64,000 nt of DNA from a virus: the IMG/VR virus record IMGVR_UViG_3300025677_000006, positions 1 through 64,000 of that record; one strand, written 5' to 3'. Positions within the stretch are counted from its first letter, which is position 1; each line of letters opens with the position of its first letter. Below the pieces are notes generated by a model. It had not been told where the DNA came from, did no database searches, and was given only the letters and a program-made list of their open reading frames with translations. The translations under genes and the position numbers were made by a program. Below, in pieces: positions 57,846 through 64,000 of this stretch.

Positions 57846-58988
57846 ATGAAAAACGATTCTTTAAATTTAGATAGTGATGGTATTCAAGGAAATAAAAGAA
57901 AACCAACACCCAAAAAAACATTTTCTTTAGAGAACTTTAAGAAAAAGGCAAATGTTGAAGATGTACCCAATAAACCATTAGAATGGATTACTTTATCTTC
58001 AGGTTTTAAAAAAGCAACAGGTCTTCCTGGTGTAGCAAAGGGTTATGTTAATTTATTTCGTGGACATACAAATACAGGAAAGTCAACAGCAATTTGTGAA
58101 ACATTAGTTGAATCTCAAAAAATGGGAATTTTACCTATTCTAATAGATACAGAAAATAATATGGGTAAAGGTAATTATCGATTAAGTGAGTTGGGTTTTG
58201 ATTTTGATAATTATATAAGAGTGGATAATGATTATCTTTTGACTGAATTTGGAAAAAAACAAAATAAAAATAGAAATGAAGCATCAATTGAAGATTTAGC
58301 AAAATGTTTTTATTATTTTTTAGACATGCAAGAATCTGGTGAATTACCATACGATTTATTATTTGCAATTGATTCTATTGGTACATTAAATTGTATAAAA
58401 ACAATTGATGCAGCAGAAAAAGACGATACACAAAACAATATGTGGAATGCTGGTGCATATGAAAAATCTTTTATGTATTTGTTAAATAATATAATACCAA
58501 GTAGTAGAAAGGGTAATAGAAAATATACAAATACTGTAGCAGCAGTTCAAAAAATTTGGATTGATAATATGAATAAAGGTGTGGTAAAACATAAAGGTGG
58601 TGAAACTTGGTATTTAGGTTCTAGGTTAATATATCATTTTGGTGGAATTATTACACATGGAACTAAAGCAGCAGTTGCTGAGAGTAAAAAACGTGTTGTT
58701 TCATATGGTATTGATACAAAAATTGGTGTTGCAAAAAACCATATTGACGGTCCGTTGGGTGGTATATCAATGCAAGGTAGAATTGTTTCAACACCATTGG
58801 GTTTTGTACATCCTGATGATATTCCTGATTTCAAGAAAAAACATATTCTTTATTTTAGAAATCTTTTTGGTGATGATTCTATTAATGAAAATGATTTAGT
58901 TCTTTCAACAAAGAACATTGATGGGGAAGGAAAAATATCATTTGAAGATGATATTGTAGAACATATGGATTTTGAAGATGAAGATTAG
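57846..58988 (+). CDS. RecA/UvsX-family recombinase-like ATPase
   Basis: Walker A FRGHTNTGKSTAI. LLFAIDSIGTL matches the UvsX IDSLGNL Walker B region. Size is 380 aa against 391 aa for UvsX. Confidence 0.55.
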   Translation: MKNDSLNLDSDGIQGNKRKPTPKKTFSLENFKKKANVEDVPNKPLEWITLSSGFKKATGLPGVAKGYVNLFRGHTNTGKSTAICETLVESQKMGILPILIDTENNMGKGNYRLSELGFDFDNYIRVDNDYLLTEFGKKQNKNRNEASIEDLAKCFYYFLDMQESGELPYDLLFAIDSIGTLNCIKTIDAAEKDDTQNNMWNAGAYEKSFMYLLNNIIPSSRKGNRKYTNTVAAVQKIWIDNMNKGVVKHKGGETWYLGSRLIYHFGGIITHGTKAAVAESKKRVVSYGIDTKIGVAKNHIDGPLGGISMQGRIVSTPLGFVHPDDIPDFKKKHILYFRNLFGDDSINENDLVLSTKNIDGEGKISFEDDIVEHMDFEDED

Positions 58989-60015
58989 GACATTATTGGT
59001 TGATTCATCATACTTATTACAACGTTCATTTCACGGTGCAAGAGATACTTACACCGTGAAATTTGGACATATTGGTGGATTATATCAATTTTTAACAACT
59101 GTTCGTAAATTAATAAAAACACATAAAATTAATAAAGTTGTTTTAGTTTGGGATGGTGAAAATAGTGGAATATATAGACATAGAATTGATAGTAATTACA
59201 AATCGAATAGAAAAAACAAAGAATGGTATCGTAAAATTGAAATGAGTGATGTTGAAATAAAAAAAGAAAAAGAAAAAGAAGAATCAATATTAAAACAGAA
59301 AAAAAGAATACAAGCATATGCAGAAGAATTATTTTTAAGACAAATAGAAGTTGACGAAATAGAAGGTGATGATTTAATTGCAAAATATTGTATTGAATAT
59401 CATGATAAAGAAGAAATTTTATTATATTCAAATGACAAAGATTTTCTTCAATTATTAGATTTAAATATTTTAATTTTATTTCCAAATAAAGAACAACCAA
59501 TAAATAAAATTAATTATATTATGCACTTTAGTCATCATTATACAAATGCTTTAGTTTATAAAATAATTTGTGGCGATGCTTCAGATAATATAAAAGGTAT
59601 TGATGGATTGGGTGAAAAAAGTTTATTGAAATATTTTCCAGAATTAAAATTTAAAAAATTGACTGTTCGTGAAATTTGTATTAAAGCAAAAGAATTTAAT
59701 GAAAATAGATTAAAAGAAAATAAAAAACCAATAAAGGCATTGGATAATTTATTGAACAATGTGAATAGATTAAAAACAAATTATAAATTAGTTAATTTAA
59801 AAAATCCAATACTTAATGAAAAAGCAAAGGAAGAATTATTACAATTAGAAGTACCATTATCTCCAGAAAATAGGGGGAGTAAAAATTTGTATAATATGAT
59901 GATTGAAGATGATTTTTTAAGTGTTTATGGTAGCACTTTTCCTAATTACGTTGAACCGTTTTATACTGTAATTATGAATGAAAAAAAATTATTAACTGAA
60001 TATTATAAAAAATAA
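58972..60015 (+). CDS. RNase H / 5'-3' flap endonuclease (T4 rnh / FEN family)
   Basis: LLVDSSYLLQRSFHG (the vDG..l..Ra motif), VVLVWDG, LYSNDKDFLQLL, and GDASDNIKGIDGLGEKSLLKYF (helix-3-turn-helix motif). Confidence 0.8.
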   Translation: MKMKIRTLLVDSSYLLQRSFHGARDTYTVKFGHIGGLYQFLTTVRKLIKTHKINKVVLVWDGENSGIYRHRIDSNYKSNRKNKEWYRKIEMSDVEIKKEKEKEESILKQKKRIQAYAEELFLRQIEVDEIEGDDLIAKYCIEYHDKEEILLYSNDKDFLQLLDLNILILFPNKEQPINKINYIMHFSHHYTNALVYKIICGDASDNIKGIDGLGEKSLLKYFPELKFKKLTVREICIKAKEFNENRLKENKKPIKALDNLLNNVNRLKTNYKLVNLKNPILNEKAKEELLQLEVPLSPENRGSKNLYNMMIEDDFLSVYGSTFPNYVEPFYTVIMNEKKLLTEYYKK

Positions 60016-60083
60016 TATTTTTTTTGTTTATTATTAAAATATAATATATTTTTATACAATAAAACTTTTTAAATTATACGAAA

Positions 60084-60623
60084 ATGGAAGAAAAAGATGT
60101 TAATATTTTTAAATTTTCTTTATCACAGGGTGATATAATTTTATGTGAAAAAATTTTTGATGGAAATGTTTTTAGTCCGTATGTTAGATATTCAGTGGAT
60201 ATTAGAGATATTTTACCAAAAATAATAACAAGATTACAAAAACTATTATCCAAACAACAATATAGTCATATATATTATGTAGGTAAGGATAGTATTAATT
60301 CAGAAAATTTAACACATTATGATTTTTTAAATTATAATAATCATATAATTAATTCTTTTCCTAAAAAACAAAGAGAAGAATTAAAATATCAACCAAAACC
60401 AATCATTTTACATATTGAAGATAAAATCATAAAAGGTGTTGAATGTAAAATTGGGTTATATGTTAATGACAATCCAATTGTAGAAAGATTATTTTATGTT
60501 GATAGATTTAATCCTGATGTTCGATGGTCTGTTGATATTGTTGAATGTGTTGTTGATATTACAAATCAGATTTTCGAAAAAATGAAAATGTGTGATATTA
60601 TAAATATGCAATATTCTTATTAA
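60084..60623 (+). CDS. Hypothetical protein
   Basis: 179-aa ORF. Confidence 0.4.
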   Translation: MEEKDVNIFKFSLSQGDIILCEKIFDGNVFSPYVRYSVDIRDILPKIITRLQKLLSKQQYSHIYYVGKDSINSENLTHYDFLNYNNHIINSFPKKQREELKYQPKPIILHIEDKIIKGVECKIGLYVNDNPIVERLFYVDRFNPDVRWSVDIVECVVDITNQIFEKMKMCDIINMQYSY

Positions 60624-60642
60624 CAATAATTTTATATAAAAA

Positions 60643-62379
60643 ATGGATGGTGTTGTAGAAAATACATTTACAGCATATTTGGGATATGAATTTCAACAAA
60701 AATTAATGTGGCAATTATTGGTTGAACCAGAATTTGCAGAAAAAACAATTCTTAATTTAGAAATTGAATATTTTGATGACCCAATTTTAAAAAGATTGTT
60801 TATAATAATTTTAGAATTTTATAAAGAATTTGAAAAAGTTCCTAATCTTCAGAATAAAAGCATTTATCAAGCAATAAATACATATAAAACACCAAATAAT
60901 TCAATAGAAGAAGAATCGTTGTTTTCTATAATTAAACGTCTTGAATTATGGAATGAAAGGATTATTAATAAGCAAATGTTGTATGATGGGGATGTTATTA
61001 GAAAAAGTACAAACATTTTTATTAAACAACAAGAATATCGTAAATTATCAGATTATATTCATGAAAATGTAAAAACGGGTGATATTAAAAATAAATATGT
61101 TGTTGGTTTAATTGAAGAAAAAATAAGAACAATATCGTTGATTGATTCTGAAGATGATTCTGAAGAAGTTATTGAAGGAATTGATATTGCATTAAGAAAA
61201 GAATTTAGAAAAACAATACCAACTGGTGTTGGTGTAATTGATGCATTAAGTGGTGGTGGTTTGGGTAGGGGTGAAATTGGTTTAATTTTATCTCCATCGG
61301 GTGTTGGAAAAACAACCTTATTAACTGTTATTGCAAACACTGCATATGAAAATGAAAAAAACGTAGCACAAATAATATTTGAAGATACTAAAGACCAAAT
61401 AAAACGTAAACATTATACAATATGGGCTAAATCAGCATTGAGTAAATTGGATGATGAAGATGAAAACGAAAGAGTTAGTAATGTTGTATATGAAAAAGTA
61501 AAACAATTAAAAGGTAAGGGCAAGTTAGTTATTAAAAGATTTAGTCAAGATAATACAACAATATTAGATATTCGAAATTGGATGATTGGTTATGAAAAAA
61601 AATATGGTTTTAAATTTGATTTATTGGTTCTTGATTATCTTGATTGTTTAGAACCACACAAAAAAGCATACGATAGAAATGATGCAGAATTAATAATTGT
61701 AAAGGGATTTGAATCACTTGCTGGTGATTTAGATATTCCTGCTTGGTCTGCTATTCAAAGTAATCGTTCTGGTTTTGGTGCAGAATTTATAGAACCACAT
61801 CAATCAGGTGGTAATATAAAAAGAATTCAAAAATCACATTTTTTTATGAGTGTCGCTAAAACTGATGAACAAAAAGAAGCGCATTTAGCAAATATTTTTA
61901 TTATTAAAGCAAGATTTGCACAAGATGGTCAAAGATTTGAAGATTGTATTTTTAATAACGACACAATGCAAATTGTAATTGAAGATAGTAGATATAAATA
62001 TTCAAAAACATATAAAAATTTAAAACATTATAATGAAAAAGATAAAGAAACTTTTGATGAAAAGGCTAGTAAAATGTTAGAAGAAAAATCATCAACAATG
62101 AAAATACATGAAGCAATTTGCACTACAAATAATCTAAAAGAAAAAGAAGAATCTGATAGAATTAATGATTTATTGTTAAAAAACAGGGAAGAAACGAATG
62201 AAAATAAAGATGATGTAAATAATTTGGATGAAAAAGAAATAGAAAATAACTTAAATTTAGAATCGAATTCTAATAATTTAAAGGTAGATAATAAAATTTA
62301 TTTTGATAATAATGATGATGAAATAGAATCATTATTAGAAAAATTACGTAAAAATCAAGATGTTATAAAAAAAGAATGA
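60643..62379 (+). CDS. DnaB-family replicative DNA helicase (gp41-like)
   Basis: RecA-like core with Walker A GEIGLILSPSGVGKTTLL and Walker B LLVLDYLDCL. The C-terminal extension is acidic. Confidence 0.6.
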   Translation: MDGVVENTFTAYLGYEFQQKLMWQLLVEPEFAEKTILNLEIEYFDDPILKRLFIIILEFYKEFEKVPNLQNKSIYQAINTYKTPNNSIEEESLFSIIKRLELWNERIINKQMLYDGDVIRKSTNIFIKQQEYRKLSDYIHENVKTGDIKNKYVVGLIEEKIRTISLIDSEDDSEEVIEGIDIALRKEFRKTIPTGVGVIDALSGGGLGRGEIGLILSPSGVGKTTLLTVIANTAYENEKNVAQIIFEDTKDQIKRKHYTIWAKSALSKLDDEDENERVSNVVYEKVKQLKGKGKLVIKRFSQDNTTILDIRNWMIGYEKKYGFKFDLLVLDYLDCLEPHKKAYDRNDAELIIVKGFESLAGDLDIPAWSAIQSNRSGFGAEFIEPHQSGGNIKRIQKSHFFMSVAKTDEQKEAHLANIFIIKARFAQDGQRFEDCIFNNDTMQIVIEDSRYKYSKTYKNLKHYNEKDKETFDEKASKMLEEKSSTMKIHEAICTTNNLKEKEESDRINDLLLKNREETNENKDDVNNLDEKEIENNLNLESNSNNLKVDNKIYFDNNDDEIESLLEKLRKNQDVIKKE

Positions 62380-62543
62380 AAATTTTATTAAATTTTGTAA
62401 CATTTTATAAAAATTATCGTATTTATATCTACAAATAATATTTTTCTAAAAATTTGCATTTTAATTTTTTTTATTTATCTTTGCAGTGATTATTGAAGAT
62501 ATGTTCTTTTAAGATATGTAAACAGAAACTGGTTGTTAATACA

Positions 62544-62616
62544 GTACAATTAACTCAATGGATAGAGTGTTCATTCACAATATGAAATATTGTTGGTTCG
62601 ATTCCAACATTGTAAA
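62544..62616 (+). tRNA. tRNA (73 nt), anticodon unclear (loop TCACAAT, formally ACA)
   Basis: Canonical cloverleaf. Acceptor GTACAAT/ATTGTAA with a G1:A72 mismatch. D-arm ACTC-AATGGATA-GAGT. Anticodon stem TTCAT/ATGAA. T-arm GTTGG-TTCGATT-CCAAC. Confidence 0.5.
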
Positions 62617-62648
62617 AAAATAACAAACAAATTTTCTGTTTTTTGAAA

Positions 62649-62734
62649 TTGCGGTGTGGAGAAATGGTATCTCGCCTGCCTCATAAGCACGGAGTCCCTA
62701 TTGGGTTTAAATGGGTTCGATTCCCATCACCGCT
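62649..62734 (+). tRNA. Type II tRNA (86 nt, long variable arm), anticodon loop CTCATAA (CAT)
   Basis: Acceptor TGCGGTG/CACCGCT with a T1:T72 mismatch. D-arm GAGA-AATGGTA-TCTC. A 19-nt variable arm. T-arm ATGGG-TTCGATT-CCCAT. Confidence 0.5.
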
Positions 62735-62759
62735 ACAAAAAAACGTTCTTTATATAAAT

Positions 62760-62892
62760 GGGGAGTTAGCAAAATTAATACAAAAAATATTATACAATTA
62801 CTTATTTGATATAAGAACTAATAGTATTTACAGTTAGGAAAATGCAATTGTTTTGGATACAATGATTTGTAGGTTCGAGTCCTACACTCCCC
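62760..62892 (+). tRNA. tRNA-Pro(TGG)-like gene with ~68-nt AT-rich insertion between 5' acceptor/positions 8-9 and D/anticodon region
   Basis: The 3' part (62841-62892) is canonical. Anticodon stem ATTGT/ACAAT, loop TTTGGAT, T-arm GTAGG-TTCGAGT-CCTAC, 3' acceptor ACTCCCC. The perfectly matching 5' acceptor GGGGAGT+TA lies at 62760-62768. Confidence 0.35.
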
Positions 62893-62921
62893 GCAGTTTG
62901 GGAAAACTAGAAATGTTTACA

Positions 62922-63007
62922 GTAAATATCGGTTCGAATCCGATATTATCCTACCATAATGGATAATTAGCCGAATTGGTTTAGGCACAAGTAGTTTAAA
63001 CTTGCAA
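62922..63007 (+). ncRNA. tRNA-like element with permuted order (variable/T-arm/3' acceptor first, then 5' acceptor/D-arm/anticodon arm)
   Basis: T-arm ATCGG-TTCGAAT-CCGAT, then 3' acceptor ATTATCC (62927-62950), then a 9-nt spacer. Next come the exact complement GGATAAT+TA, D-arm GCC-GAATTGGTTTA-GGC, and stem-loop CAAGT-AGTTTAA-ACTTG (62960-63003). The previous T-loop is only 59 nt away, so a normal tRNA cannot fit. Confidence 0.3.
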
Positions 63008-63189
63008 AAAAAGAAAATATTTCTAAACTATTCCCTTTTTTATAGAAGAAGAACTGGATGTATTTTCAGTAATATGTGCAAATATATTTACAAAAAAATA
63101 TAACCAAGTTACTTCTTTTTTTTTGCTTTTTTTGTAACATTTTTTAAATACATTCGTAAAATATATTATAATTTTAAATTGGTTTAATT

Positions 63190-63582
63190 ATGGAAAATTT
63201 AGTTTTAACCCAAAAAATGTTGGGAACTATTAAACAAACTTTAATTGATGGTCTTACTGTTGCATCTGGTAGTAAGAGTAGTGCGACTTATTATCATAGT
63301 AGGGATGAACAGATTGTTGCAATTCGAAAAGAAATTAATAAAATGTATAAGATTTCAAAAGAATTGCCACTTTTAATTGCATGTCAGAAAGGTGTTACAG
63401 GAAAATTTATTTCTGAAGTATTATTAAATGAATTTAAAAATACTTCAAGGGGTGGTGCTTGTAATATTATAAGCCCAATTGATTGGTATGATAATGGTTT
63501 ATCTGATAAAGCAATTTTAATTGCTTTGAATAATTTAAATATTGATAATGGAATACCGGTTGCAAATATATTGTCGTTTTAA
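63190..63582 (+). CDS. Hypothetical protein
   Basis: 130-aa ORF. Confidence 0.4.
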   Translation: MENLVLTQKMLGTIKQTLIDGLTVASGSKSSATYYHSRDEQIVAIRKEINKMYKISKELPLLIACQKGVTGKFISEVLLNEFKNTSRGGACNIISPIDWYDNGLSDKAILIALNNLNIDNGIPVANILSF

Positions 63583-63644
63583 TACAATATATTTGTTGTT
63601 ATAAGTATGTATTATTTTTGTTTTACCTTATAAAATATTAGAAT

Positions 63645-63860
63645 ATGGAAATTAGTAATTATGATATACTTCACAAATCAATGTGGAACTCTTATGAAGA
63701 AATAAAAAAATCAAATTTTGAAATGGGTGGTATGGAAGATGATAAAAGAATTGAAATTTTAGAGTTTTATTTACTACCATATTTTATTAAGTACGAAGAA
63801 TTTGAAATAGCACAAGAATTGACAACACAAATAAATATAATTAAATCAAAACAAAAATAA
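63645..63860 (+). CDS. Hypothetical small protein
   Basis: 71-aa ORF. Confidence 0.3.
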   Translation: MEISNYDILHKSMWNSYEEIKKSNFEMGGMEDDKRIEILEFYLLPYFIKYEEFEIAQELTTQINIIKSKQK

Positions 63861-63877
63861 AATTACTTATAACGGCT

Positions 63878-63987
63878 GGGTGTATATGTAGTGTGAGATT
63901 TGAAATACTAACTTTCACTTAACTGATGAAACAAATTAAAAGAAATAACGTACAATAAACAGACGAACCTCACATTACGTATACACC
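63878..63987 (+). repeat. Long-range inverted repeat (19-nt arms, ~70-nt spacer) at the window end
   Basis: GGTGTATATGTAGTGTGAG ... CCTCACATTACGTATACACC. The two differing positions give G.U pairs only when the plus strand is read as RNA. Confidence 0.5.
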
Positions 63988-64000
63988 TTGTTATGTGTAG

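Noticed and set aside
62643-62837. 64-aa ORF across the tRNA cluster
   Set aside because: It overlaps a well-formed tRNA (T-arm, D-arm) on the same strand, so it is an artefact of the ORF finder.
62760-62892. tmRNA (ssrA) interpretation of the GGGG...CCCC acceptor pairing with a T-loop
   Set aside because: The acceptor has G3-C70 rather than the G3.U70 needed for alanylation. The whole element is about 130 nt, against more than 300 nt for tmRNA. No tag-peptide reading frame or pseudoknots are evident.

Overview
The window is AT-rich (about 25-27% GC) and densely coding. It reads as part of a T4-like (Straboviridae-related) myovirus genome, probably from a low-GC Gram-negative host; the host itself cannot be read from the sequence.

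Modules, left to right:
- A tandemly duplicated cassette: a lipoprotein on the minus strand, divergent from a large protein of unknown function on the plus strand. Three copies of the large protein are present; the first is cut off by the window edge.
- Nucleotide metabolism: a dUTPase-like protein and a thymidylate synthase carrying two insertions.
- A UvrD-type SF1 helicase whose Walker A motif and motif III are each interrupted by an intein.
- A GIY-YIG/NUMOD homing-endonuclease module fused to an N-terminal domain of unknown function.
- A T4-like head morphogenesis block in gp21-gp22-gp23 order, including a gp23-type major capsid protein.
- Tail and baseplate genes: a gp19-like tube protein, a gpV/gp5-like spike, a candidate -1 frameshift site upstream of a tape-measure-like gene, and a 1082-aa protein with an OmpA-like domain.
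- A glycan island: several GT-A/GT-B glycosyltransferases, an FkbM-type methyltransferase disrupted by a GC-richer IS200/IS605 element (tnpA plus tnpB), and an ADP-L-glycero-D-manno-heptose operon (kinase, cupin, minimal HAD phosphatase, adenylyltransferase, 6-epimerase).
- A T4-like replication and recombination block (gp32 SSB, UvsX/RecA-like recombinase, RNase H/FEN, DnaB/gp41-like helicase).
- A cluster of tRNA and tRNA-like genes with non-canonical architectures.

Most other ORFs are hypothetical virion or accessory proteins.
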